A stretch of DNA of 64,000 nucleotides from the NCBI GenBank assembly GCA_002633005.1, contig NMRA01000086.1, forward strand, positions 715,390 to 779,389. Direction: 5' to 3'. Origin of the DNA: Phoronis australis. Taxonomy: Eukaryota > Animalia > Phoronida. The stretch's first letter is position 1, and every line of letters starts with the position of its first letter. The translations under genes and the position numbers were made by a program. The notes beneath the pieces are model-generated. The model was not told the origin of the DNA and did no database searches. It worked only from the letters and a program-made list of their open reading frames with translations. Below, piece after piece: positions 1 through 13,054 of the stretch.

Positions 1-1648
1 GTCTATTGAAAGCAGACACTCTGGCAACCAACCACGTGCTAATGATTGACAGGTCTACCAAATAGTTTGAAAATTGCAACATTTTAAATACTTTGTATAT
101 CTCTTTCCCAGTTGAAAGGGCCAACTTCCCACTTTGATTAACTGGGAGTCTTAGTAATCTTTCAATGTGGGTGTCCAAACTGGAGAAATTCTGAGTGACA
201 GGGCGTCCAAATGATACATTGGGCGTCTTTGCCAGGGCATCTACATTAGTGCTAGGGCGTCCATTTGGACGCCCAGGACGTACGCTGCATGAAGGCCTGG
301 AAGTAGGTATCATGAAATTCCGTACTGTGATAGGATTCTATTTCCGTTACTAACAAGAACATCAAAATCATCAGAAACTTCAGAATATGTTTCAAAGCAA
401 TTTGGGCTGAAAATTACGGAATCCTTGTTTTTTGTGATTTTATTAATTTGTTGTCGCTGTCTGCCAGACATTTGCTGAAATCAAGGCGCTGCTGTTAATT
501 TCTGAAAAATTACTTTTCTCACCAAGAATGTCCTTTCAAATCTCACCACTAGTAGGCTTTGTTAGTGTCACGTGTTAAGAATTTGAAGCATTGGACGATG
601 TCAAGGCTCGTCACTTAAAGTGCCGTCCACTTACCTTAGAACTAGTTACTCCTGGAACAAGTTGTTGTTAGGTTTGGGGGCTGTGTGGACGCTACTTAAA
701 CTAATGCATCTTGTCCCACTTGTGACAACTAACTCCACCTTATTGAGGTGAGGTAACTTGTTCTAGAATAACTAGTGCCACTTTTAATTCCTATTTGGCC
801 GCAAGCCTGGGACAACGCGAAAGTGATCATCAGCTGCGGGTACATACAGACCAGGTTTCTGGTCCAGACCGGGTTTCTGGTCCGTGTTGGCATTAGCTAT
901 TGTCGTGGACTACGTCAGGTTGGGCATGGTAAATGTAAAATTGTTGGTGAAAGGGGTGCTCGCATGGCAACAAGTGCTTTGTGCAGTACAAAATAAATGC
1001 AATAAGACAAATTCAATTTCCCTTTATGTCGCCTAAATCTGTTGAGAGCAAAAACATATGGTAATGAATATTAGAGCAATGAAATTCCAATTATGCATTG
1101 ACTTAGCTACCTTATTAATTGTTCTGTTAGTTCCCTTTCATTCTTGGGTCATTAAGGAAGATTACTCTGACGATGAACTCCTCTGCTTCTGCCCAGTTGC
1201 CGTGACGATGAATTCCGAATCATTTTGTCTGAATACTTTGACTTGAACCGTAGGTATACGGACTTAGTGAAAGCTTGTACTTTTTGTTGAAATGGCCGTG
1301 GCTGAGCAAGAAAAGGTGACACCTTTCTACGAACTTAAGGAGTTCACTATATTTCAGGTACCACTCTGGGGCTTAATTAACCCTCTTTAGTTACCTGTTG
1401 TGTTGGCAAGGCATGTGGGAAAACTTGCTCATGAAATTGTCCAAGGCCTGCACCCCCTGTTTACACGTAACCTGTTTATTGTTTACAGATCTCCAGTTAT
1501 AGAGAGAAGGCCAGAGAGAGGGTGCTGACAGACCGATTCTGGAGCAAGATCAAGGTCTACCCATCAACTGGCCCGACCTTCCACTATCTTACTAGCCAGA
1601 TTCTATGAGGTGACACGTGGCAAAGAGACATGAGAGACGAACTGAAAC

Positions 1649-1694
1649 ATGAATGGATCACACAACAGTATTAGTTCACCTGATCAGAATGCAG
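1649..1694 (+). CDS. EcR: EcR-like coding exon 1 ([15 protein letters not shown]); whole exon 1489..1694 including 5'UTR
   Basis: Acceptor tttattgtttacag ending at 1488. ATG at 1649 in gaaacATGa context, with in-frame TGA at 1643. Strong donor GCAG|gtgagt. Phase 1 joins exon 2 (G+AC = Asp) in frame. No homology support, so linkage across 20.6 kb is inferred. Confidence 0.6.
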
Positions 1695-4600
1695 GTGAGT
1701 GACAGGACCATGGGGTCATCATAGATTTTGCGAGGTTGTGTAGGACCCTGGAAAAATGTCGAAATTTGTCTAACTCTGGAACATCTTGTCTCTGAAGCGG
1801 CTTGTCGGATTCATATGAAATTTTCAGATACTATACTTTGTTCACTGTTGTCTAGAATGTTGTTTGGAATTGATGTTTAAGGTGTTCTAATTTTGCATTA
1901 GGGGTTATAAATTTTTTTAATCTTTTATGATTTTCATCACAAAAATGTTTAAGTTTTTCAAAAAGAAATACTATTTTAGAAAACTTTAACGCCTATTTTG
2001 CAATCTCACTTTGAAAATTGACTTGAAATAAAATTTGATTACGTTAGTCACAATGTTTTTTCGCTATCAATGTACTTTTATTTTGGCTAAATTTTACTGA
2101 AAAGACATAGTCACATGACCCAATCAATGGCTGATTGGTAAAAAGTCATAAATAAATTTCTACAGTCTCTCTACTTTCAGAAAATACGTACTTTTACCGA
2201 GTTAAAATCAAAAGTTTTGTAGGTATTGGCTAAATGCACAGACTTAAAGTCCTTATATGGCCTTGATCAGTCTGTTTATAGATCAGGGCTTGGAATTTTC
2301 CGCGGAAACGCGGATTTCCGCTTTTTTCAAATGTGCTTTCCGCTTTTTTTATAATATTTCCGTGTAAAAAAATCGGATTTGATATAAAATTTCCGCGGCA
2401 AATTCCTTTCTTACCGCGGCGTTGCAGACGACGTTCACCTCGAAAAGCGGAAGTTGCTCTTTATGTTTCGGAGGAACGAAAATTGTCAACATTGCCGGGG
2501 CATCTGGGACAGCGTGGTGGGATTTTCAATGGCGTCTCGTGTTATTTTTTTAGTCCTCCCGATTTTTGTCGGGGAAAGGTTCACATTGACCAATTCAAGG
2601 CTTGTTATCGGCATGATTTGGGCCGTAAAAGTTTCAAAGTTTCCGCGTTTTTTGTCATTGGTCATTCCAAGCCCTGATAGATTTTTTTCTGGTGAGAAGC
2701 GGTAGGTTTTCCTGTGCTAACAGGTTGAAAGGAAGAAAGTGTGGAACGTTATTATGTAAAACTGATCTAATGTGTATCCCCATATTTTGGCAAACTTCAA
2801 CATTTGGTCATGCCAAGTCTGTTTGATCTGTCATAAAATTTGTTCGTTTGTTTGTTTTTATCTTGTATTTCGTGCTGTAGGCGCATTTCTTATCCAATCT
2901 TTAAGAAATTTTAAATCAGCATGTTTGTTGGCAGCTCAATGCCTATTGTTTTGGTTGAAATCATATGCAACATGGTGCTGTGGCAGCCATTTTTCTATTT
3001 TTCACTTTAGAGAAAACGTTTTCCTTACCCATGTTGCCAAACAAAACATGAGGTCGCATTAGCGACATGTGGGTTACAGTATATCTGTTTCTGTCGCTGA
3101 CTTACCGTTCTTGTGATATTTGAAATTTAGTGGCCAGTGTTCTTTCATTGAGTTAAGCTAACACTGCACTTTTTTTGAGCGATCATACTTCTGCTACATT
3201 TTGCATTTGTCATCTGATTTGACTTGAAATTTAGGCACCTTGTTTATCTCGTCAGTCGGTCGAGTCCTATGGTTTTTGGGAGAACTCGGATGCAGGGTAG
3301 CGAGCGCTGTGTCGGCTTTAAATCGGTAGTGCTGTATTGGCTATTTTGTCATAATTACCTCTAGAAAGCTTGTCATGCCATTTTGTCGAATGTCAATTGT
3401 CAGAGCACTTTCATTTTTACTTTGTCGTGGGATAACGGTGTACATACAATGGAATGAAAAGGCAAGTTATACACGTCAACTTGTTATGAATGTTATTAGT
3501 CATAAATGGAGAAACTCTTTCAGTAAGAAACCAAAAGTTGAAGAACTTGTTGTAAATGATAACAACTTAATCAGATATTATCTGATGGCATCTACACAGT
3601 AAAACCAAATAAATGACATGCTGTGATTTTCATAATCTTTATTTCTGATGAGAAATTTTACCAAACTTTCATTTGTCCACCCATCATATTGTGTGCTAAG
3701 TAGGTGAATAATTACCCTTCATAATGCCACAGGAAATGTTACCATGGATAGTGCCACAGGAAATGTTACCATGGATGGTGCTGCTGGAAATGTTATCCAA
3801 GCACACCATTGCCAGTTACTACAGTTGTCTAGGACATCTGCACACAGTTTGTTAATGTGCAACGTTTGCATCTTGCCACTGTTGGGATGACTTGTGCCAC
3901 CTTTTGGACAGGGTTTTAGTGAGGGGAATGAGGAATGTGTGCAGTGTGTGGAACATTATTACATAAACCCATGACCTAGTTTTTGCCTCAGACTGTTGGC
4001 CCATCTATCAGGGGTCAATATCCATGCTGACCTTTGACCTGTCTGTGCTGGAGAGGTGTGTGGGGTGGTGCATTGCCCCTTTGGGGGTAAACCTTGCAAC
4101 ATTAGTATTGCCCCATAGCTATCTGATTTTAAACATAATTGATTAAAAGAGTTATCTTAGGCACAACGCACAGTGGCAACGTTAAAGAGATTTCATCGCT
4201 CTCTGTTATGGCTGTGTAGTTTCATGATTGTCTGGTCTCCTCCAGGATTTATTGTCCAGTAAACATCACAACTCTTTATTTTGCATCGTTACCCCTATAG
4301 CAAGTGCACCGAAATATCGGAAAAACCAGTTAAAATCGTATGTTTTACAACATGTTACTTTAAGCAAAATCTGAAGAATAAAGGGCATCAATCACATTCA
4401 TCGTGTGATGCTTTCTCAATTTTCTAACATATCCTCATGATGATTTTGCCGAGATGGGACACAACTGATACCCCCTAATTTATTGACTGAAATATCGCAT
4501 TAAACGATTTTAAAAGTTGAAACTAAAAACCTTCTTTACTATGAGAATTTGAAATGAGCTTACAACCCGTCTATTGTTTTTGTTTCCATTTATCTAAACA

Positions 4601-7600
4601 ACACATCTAATTCTTATCAACTTCATCAGGATTTTAAAGTATACTGAGGTGGCATAAATAGTTTTTCATGCAAAAATACATAATTACTTCTCAGAATTAA
4701 TTAGTGTGTGTGACTTTTAATACCTTCCTCAGCGCCTAACAGATGGAGTGATAATCACTGAATGGGAATCTAATGATTTCACCAAGGAAAATAACAGAAT
4801 CTATGGGTCCGCAGGAATAGTCTGTTATGAAATGTGATGAGGGCGCTGACAAGCTCAGCCCCGTCTAGATCAATGTTCTATTTGCAGTGACACCTGTTAG
4901 GGACCAAGGATGGTATCAGCAGACACCTATGCCAAAATTTATGCAAGACAATTGTGCATTATAGATGAGAAAAATGAATTTCGTTATGTCAGTCTACTGA
5001 AATCCCAGCAGCACTCGTGCATGTGTCATATTGATACGACAGAGCAATACATTACGCTGCTGTGAGATTGCACTAATTAATCGAAAAACGCAGTGCTTTC
5101 TTGGAATTGCATTTATGTAGTATAGGATGAGTAATTATTACCGATTGTATTAGTAGTGTCTATTGTGTGTATGTATGTGTGTGAGCACACATGCATGTAT
5201 GTATGTATGCATGCATATATGTATGCATGCATTTATATTTCTGGGCACCTAAGTGATGGTGGTAGCTGTGTTCAGGAAACCTTACACTAACTACCTAGTA
5301 ATTGAACTAATTCTAATAATCACCTGCAACATGAAAGATCAGTCCTAGAAATGCTTTTACACCCTGCCATTGTCAAGGGAGAAGAATATAAGCATCTAGA
5401 AATGAAATGTGGGAAAAAGACCTTTTAGGGCAACAATTAGAAGAACTGCATATTAAAGCCCCCGCCAGCAGTTGAACCTGTTATGTAGTACATAGATTAC
5501 ACTTTGAGTGTCCCTATTCATAAATCCGAAGGTAAGGAAAGTATGGAGTAATTTATAAAGTAAAATGTCCTGGATTGTCATTCAGTTTAAATAGGCTCTA
5601 GAGTCAAAGAACACCCGAAGAAGGACAATTTTAGCCTCACTGCAGTTGGCATCACGAATGCAGTTAATTTTGAAAAAAAAAGAAAAATCCTCACCCAAAC
5701 TCATTTCATTTCACCGATAATCTGATGTTTCGCTGTTTCAATCTTGTGCTCACGGCACAATTAACTACAGATACTCGTTTTCTATTCTACATTTTGTTGT
5801 TGGTTTCTTTCTGTCTCCCTGGTGGATGCTTTGGCAGGTGTCTTGTAGTACTGTTGACCTATTTTAATTGCTCAAGAGTGTACTCCTCCCGTGACCGACT
5901 TTCACTCGATGTATTGTGTTATGTAGTAACATTACATAGTCCGCGTAAATGTGTACAGTGTGCGAAATCTGATTTAGTGTGCACTTAAGTTTTGAAAAGA
6001 AAGAAAATTCATTTTGCTTCAACTTGTCGCTTTGTCGCCTTGCTTTGTGACAATTGTCACTCACTTACAAATAAGTGATAGATAATTAAGTTAATTACTC
6101 ACTTCCAATTCAGTTGATATTATGAGTGAATGTTGAAATAGCTAACATGGCATGTATTGGTTATACCGACCAAAAACAAGTTTTTACTGAATAATTAATC
6201 GGAAACCTTAAGTTTCATTATTCATAAAGTTTGCGTTTTTCTCGGCTTCGGCCAATCGACTTAATTTGAACTTAGAACACGAGATCTCGAAAACGGCTCG
6301 GTGAATTTCAGTGAAACTTTACACTCTTACTTTTTGCGTATCGTAAGATAGACTACTACAACTGCTATTTTTTACAAAAATACCTTCTGTTCTGCGACTT
6401 GATTTGGCATAAGAACAAAACTAAATGAGTGTAATTGAAAATTCCTAGCAGCATTTTTGTGGTAAATTGTGTTTTCATTTAAAAAGGTATGTTCACCACT
6501 GTACCTAGTAGTAGTACATGTTCTCATGAAAACACTTGAATACCACAGTTGGTCGGAAAGTGTTGTGTATACTTATAATAGTAATACATTTTACCAAAAA
6601 AATTGCTGGTCACGTGACCACAAGTATGGCACGGGGTGTTGAATGGCGTGAATGAATTTGTCTCGACTCCCAAGTTTCAGAAAATATTCACTTTTATGGT
6701 CCGACAGTTGTTGGTTTCTTATGAAGGTGAAGACATTTTAATGTTGGGTATCATTACCTTAATCATGTCGTGACCCAATTCTGTGAGGTTGTAAGTGGTT
6801 GTTTATGGTATGCCCTGGACCATAAATAAGAAGTGCAAGTGGTTGCCTGGCATTACATTTGACTTGATGTGTAACCTGGCTGCTGTAAAGGTTACCAGCT
6901 GCAGACACTATTTGTACCACTGTTAGCTCAAGGTGTAGTTGTCCTTTTAGTATTAGTATAGGGTAGCTACATTTGTGGAGCTGAACCTGCTTTCATGAAA
7001 GGTACAAAGATGGTTGATTGGAAGATAGCTGTGTTTCTTGAACAGGCCTGTATTTGTTGCACAGTGCTATTCACTACTTGTATCTTTAAGTGTCTTTATC
7101 TTCAGGTATGTTTACATGCTTCTGTGTGTCCTGTATCATGTCTTTGTTCTCACACCATTAGGATTGTTTGAGGCATGATATAGGTAGGAGTGGATTATAT
7201 ATGGTCCCTTGATGTGCCCAATGCAACCAGTCTTCAATGAATGCCTGTAAACCTCAGGGTGTCGATATGTTTGGGGTTCTTTCCTGCTAATGTCACCACC
7301 TCGTTTAGTATGTCAGGGAAGCACTCTGTAAGGTTGTTTTACCTCATTCACAAACTAGTTGAAACACAAACGTTTTTACTAACACTTTTACTATTAGAAC
7401 CCTAACCAGTTATGTGAACGATTACGATTGTCAGTTTTACCTGGGTTTTGCTGGCAGTTGAACCTACCCAGCTTTAACTAAACCAAATCTGCTGGCATTT
7501 TCACTAACACATAGTTTAATTGATAGGCTTGTATAGGGGCTAGAGGACTTTGTTTATCGTCACGTTCTTCAATTTAGGACAGAGAGTGATGTCAGTTTTC

Positions 7601-10600
7601 CTTTAAAGATGTATTTGCATGCTTCTAAATATGGTAATGTATAGCATTAACTAAACGAAACGAAAAAAATCTGTAAGTGACGTTTGCACTAATGATGTAC
7701 CTTGGGGGCTATGTGAGTTCCCAGTGTTATTCCCCAACCCCACATCACGATACTTACAGGACACGGTTGAGTGATATACAGCTACAAAATTCTATGTTTT
7801 TTGCAAAAAAATCAAATTTTAAATTTTTTAAATTGAATGTCAAATGACTCAAAAATGACAAGTCTGAGAAAAAAGAATTGTTAAGTTCATTTGAAAGAGT
7901 ATACCTCAGAGAATCCACATGCAAAAATTCAGGTCATTTTCACTTCATGTTCAAAATGCCACCCCAGCACGATTGAAATTGGGTGAAAATGCGCCATATT
8001 CGCCATCTTGAAAGCAATTTCCGGTTAAGCAGCAATTTATAATAGCTAGTTACAAGAAACTAAAACCTGAAAAATTTAAAAGCTATTGGTCCTACAATGC
8101 GCACTCTACAGGACAAGACGTTTTCTTCCCAAAATCGAGGTGTGCATGCACGATTGCCAATGTTTTAGCCATCTTTGACCAGAAGTGAATGATTAGCAGC
8201 ACATTTGTAGCTTACGTCTGGTACAATAATCTTACCGATTTTCAGCCGTGTACGCCAAAAATTATGGCATCCACGAGCATTTGAATCTAAATTCGAAAAC
8301 AAAATGGCCACCTCGTCTGCCATCTTGGATCTGATCATGACGAAAAAAAGTAAGCTTTCAGTACTTCTGGAACTACAGGTTGTGTAAATTTCATGCTGAT
8401 CGAACAAAAATTGTGACCTGTATCGTTCGAACAAACAAACTTGATGGCAGAGCAACATACTTGGCGAAATTTATTTTACCAAGTCATTATGTAATGAATT
8501 GTGCTGCTTTGTGACAACTTCTCTGACCATAGCTTCTTAGCACAGAAAATCTCCATGCTGCTTGTATGGTTAACTGAACTGGTTATTACAGTTTGTTTCT
8601 AGGTTGCCAGGCAGGTCCCTTAATGTCCTCCATGTATGAATGGCTGCATTACTGTGACCACATTATATGGAGCATGTCCTCCCAATGACCTCAGTGTATG
8701 CATGAGAATACATTTAGTTGATATGACCTGAAGTCATTTGTGGTTTAACTGCTGTGGAGTACAAGGAAAAGGTATTCAGACATAGGACCTCCAACCCCCC
8801 CCCCCCNTTATGACCCCTGGACAGAAGCCAGATTCATAGGCAGAAGTCTTTCCTCATGACCGAGAATGAAGGGGATTACAGGTTGTGTATTTTCTTATCG
8901 ACGTGTCGTGTTGGTGTTTTCAACTAAATTTCTACAAAACTATATATTTTAGCTTAGCAAAAGTAAATATTTACTGAAAGTGGAAAGCTTGGAGAATTAG
9001 ATCTTTTACTTTATACCGATCTGCCATTATTTGGATCACGTGACCAGTCTTTGGTAAAATTTAGCACAAAATGAAAGCTACATCCAAAGCAAAGTGTTCA
9101 AGATCAAAGACGCAATATTCTTCTAACGTATGATTTAGTTTCGTTCAAATTTTTTAATATTTTTTCATGAAAATCATAGCTTTGATGTTCCTCAATCCCT
9201 CATGTAAATGCAGAATATTTTGAAAACAATTTTTGATATCAGTCGAAGAACACTGCTAGCCTATTAATGTTTCATATGAATCCGATCAGCGTTTTCAGAA
9301 ACATCATGTTCCAAAGTTAACATTTTCTCAGATCCTGCTTAACCTCGAAGCTTACAACCACGCTTTTGAATAAGAGGCTGGCAACATTGTTTGTACTGGT
9401 ATTGTAAACTTCATGGACAGGAGAGAAAATAGCTCAGCTAGATAACAAGATCCATAGTATGACACTTTGTCATTCACAACTAAGTAATTTGTTTATAGTT
9501 AGTTGGAAACACTTGTGATAGCAGGCAGTTTTTATGTGGATAACCTTGTGAGGAGAGATCATATGGCATCTGAGGCAGAAAGGTCAGGAATTTTATTGAA
9601 CCTTTCATATGCAGCCAGGGTTCAATCTCACCAGCTAACCTTGCATTCAAACATGTCCTAGAGCAACCTTCAGGCCAAATGTAAAATGTTGAAGATCCTG
9701 AGCATTGCTGAGCTGCACTTCTACCAGTGCTCGCTCGTCGCTTTTGATTTGACGACTAATATTAGTTGATATGTTTCTGGCCAAATGTATTCACCAAACG
9801 TACCGTGATGGCATACATGAAGTAATATCCCACGAGACATTGTTCCGCGTATCGAGCGTGACCAAAGGTCGAGGTGGATACGCGGAATAATGTCTGGTGG
9901 GATATTACTTCATGTATGCCAATCGAGGTACATTTTGTATTTATCCCATACACTTAGAGTTCCTAAGTGTTTTTTCATTTTTTTCTGTAGATTTTGTAAA
10001 TACTTCACCCAGACTGTTCACATGGTGGATCACATCCTATATGTATGTACTTGAGCGTTAGGTTGCAAGTTTTCTCTTGTAAAAGAAACAGTTTTAAATG
10101 TAATGGTTTATTACTTGAAAAGAGATAACAGAGATGAAAACAACGGTAACTTTGCTCTGAACTTGTTAAATAACAACAATATTAGATATTGTAGTTATCG
10201 AGGAATTGGCGCCTGAGTTGCAGACGATAAAATATTTAAGCAAATGAAATCTGAGACAGAATGTCAAAAATTAACAGTGCTGTTCTAGATGTTACGATTG
10301 AGACCTGATTGCATGTTGACTGTTATTTACACTGCTAAAATTATATTACTTTTAAACTATTTTCCGAAAGGTAGATGATCTAACCAGCTAACGTCAACAT
10401 TGCCCTACCTTTTGGAACTTTCCATGTCAGAGGTCACTGTTGAAGTAGTGCGGGAGGTGAATACGGAAAAAATATTACGCGGCCGTATTTCCCTCGACAG
10501 ATTCAATGCGTATGGGATAAAAATGAAAGTTTTGCATATCTTTATGCACTAAGTGTTTATTCATTTGCTGTTAATATGATAGTCATGTGTTGAGGGAGGT

Positions 10601-12997
10601 TGATCGTGAACTTCGCTAAAATTTCTTCAGTTTGGAATACAATATGGCTGATTGGCGAAATTTCATTTTGTCAAATTTCTCAACAAAAGTAATATAACTT
10701 TTCAGGAAAATTTACCTTGCTTTTAGCATGGTTTGTGTGTCGCAGCTATTATCAAACAGTATTTGGTAAATTTTAAGCGTTCGCAACAATGTGGTGGGCC
10801 TTTGAAAAATAGAAATATGGCAATTTTGGGAATTGTTCTTATCCTAAATTGAAGAGTTTTTAACGTATGTGTGACTTGTCAGTGTTTCTGCGACCATCGA
10901 GGCAGATTATGCTTTTCAAGTCATGTTTAAAGCTTTGCACATGGCGAACTATGAAAACAACTTAGGTGGTAGCAAAACTGTGGAATTGAATTTCTTTTAA
11001 CTTATTTCTTTGTAGGCAAAGCAATTGCCAATTTGTCAAATACCTTTCTAGCTCTTAAACCCCTGCCAGTGCTTTAACTGAGAAACAATTCACAAAAAAA
11101 CAATTTGTATTTGCTTACCAGCCTTAGAAACGTTCCTAAGTTTGTTACTACTTTCTTTGCTTCAATCACTTGCTGGAACAAGATGTACTTCTTTTTCAAT
11201 ATGTTAATTGCAGCTTCTCAATTTAAGTAAGAAAACAACTAGAAAGCAGAATATGGGTCATTTGATGTGTTATTGGAAGCCTGCTTTATAAACAGGACGC
11301 AAGTGCATAGTTTTCGTTTTATTCGCTTGTTGACTCGGGCTATTTGTTAGAAATTTGGTTTGGCTTCAGTATCTTGTGGTCTTCAGTAAATTAAGGGATG
11401 TGATAGTCTCGTCTCTATAAGGTTTCTCTTGATAAGTTTTGTTTTCACATCAACGCCCTAACTCCCGTTTTGAGAAGTTTCAGTCAGTGCGAAATCATAA
11501 CTCCAGGACCTAAACAGCAATTGCAACTCTCTGCCAATCATGTTCAATGGAAAAAGTTAAATCCACTACAGCGGGACTAACCGCAAGATGGTGTGACATG
11601 CAAGACATGAGCATGTGAATCAACTTCGCCATCTGGTCTTTAATCCACATAACTAGTGTTAACTTCAGTGTCTCTTGCCATGAGGAGTTTGTAGGAAAGG
11701 CAAGGGAGTTGCGATGGAGTTTCGGTAAACCAGACTTTCTGTTTTGGGAAAGCGACAAGACTGGGAATGCAAGGAGCTGCTGGATCCACCAGATCGTAGC
11801 TAAAAGAACAAAATTCCTCATATTCATCTCACCTTTTTAGCATTAATGTGATTATGTTTTCCCCGATAGTCGGGGTGTGGGAATATGCAGATGCTGTAGT
11901 TGACTGGTGTGCAAAATTACCTAAAGTTACTAAGCATCAGCTAATTTCACAGCGAGCTTACAACAGCATGAGATATCTCATATGAATGGAATGGTGAATA
12001 TACAATGTTCAGACCTAATTAACTCGGTTAAGGTTAACTCAGACCTTATTAAGAAAAAATTGCCGTTTTTACAATATTTCACAGATGTCTAGTAAAATAC
12101 CTGGGCAACTTCAGATACGAAATATATACTTTGTAGCCATAAAAAAGATTAAGCAGAACCAACTTCAAGCCTGTGGGAGTTTGTTTACTGCTTATCCAAG
12201 GTCAAAGGTTACAGAGCTGTCACTCAAATCGAATCTATTGCTTGGCATATGTACTTCTAACAATTCAGTCTTTTCATTCACTGAGTCAGACATAAGATAA
12301 AGTTAATATGGTCTACATAGCATGGAAAGATGCCATGAAAAACCAAGACTAAATATAGTTCTGATCCTCAGTGAGTTACTGGTCTGCGTACATGTGATTG
12401 TTGATAATGTTGTGATGAATGTACGGAGTAACAGCAAAGTGTCTGGCATCACAATCAAAGCTAGTTGTGAAAAAAGATGAATCCTCACCCAAATTCATTC
12501 ATTTCACTGGTAATCCGATGCTTCAGTGCTGCAATGTTGTGCTCACAGCGCGCTTTAACCACAGATACTTGATTTCTATTCTCCATTCCGTAGTTGGCTT
12601 CTTTCAGTTTCTCTGGCGCATGCTTCATGTTTTGTGCTCTACAATGTAATTGGTCAACAGAACATAGTAATACACAACCCAGTGAATTTCACTGAAACTT
12701 TCCAATTTTAATATTTATTCATTAATCTCCAAAATGCTGTTAGGAATCTGATGGTTTTTTCACACCATGAGATGGACAGATACGACTGCTAATTTTTTTA
12801 CAAAAACACCTTTTGTTTTGCGAGTTGATTTGGCATAGAAACAAAACTAAATGAGTATTCGAAAATTCCTGCAGCGTTTTTGACGTAAATTGTGAAGTTC
12901 TCATTGAAAATGGTTTCATTAAAATCAACTGAGGGGTTATTTTGATATGAATGTACCTTTCTTAAAAATTGAATTTTGACTTTAAAAAGTTTCTAAC

Positions 12998-13054
<57 letters not shown>

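Noticed and set aside
11510-11827. 105-aa ORF with a signal-peptide-like start
   Set aside because: No recognisable domain or gene structure; length compatible with chance.
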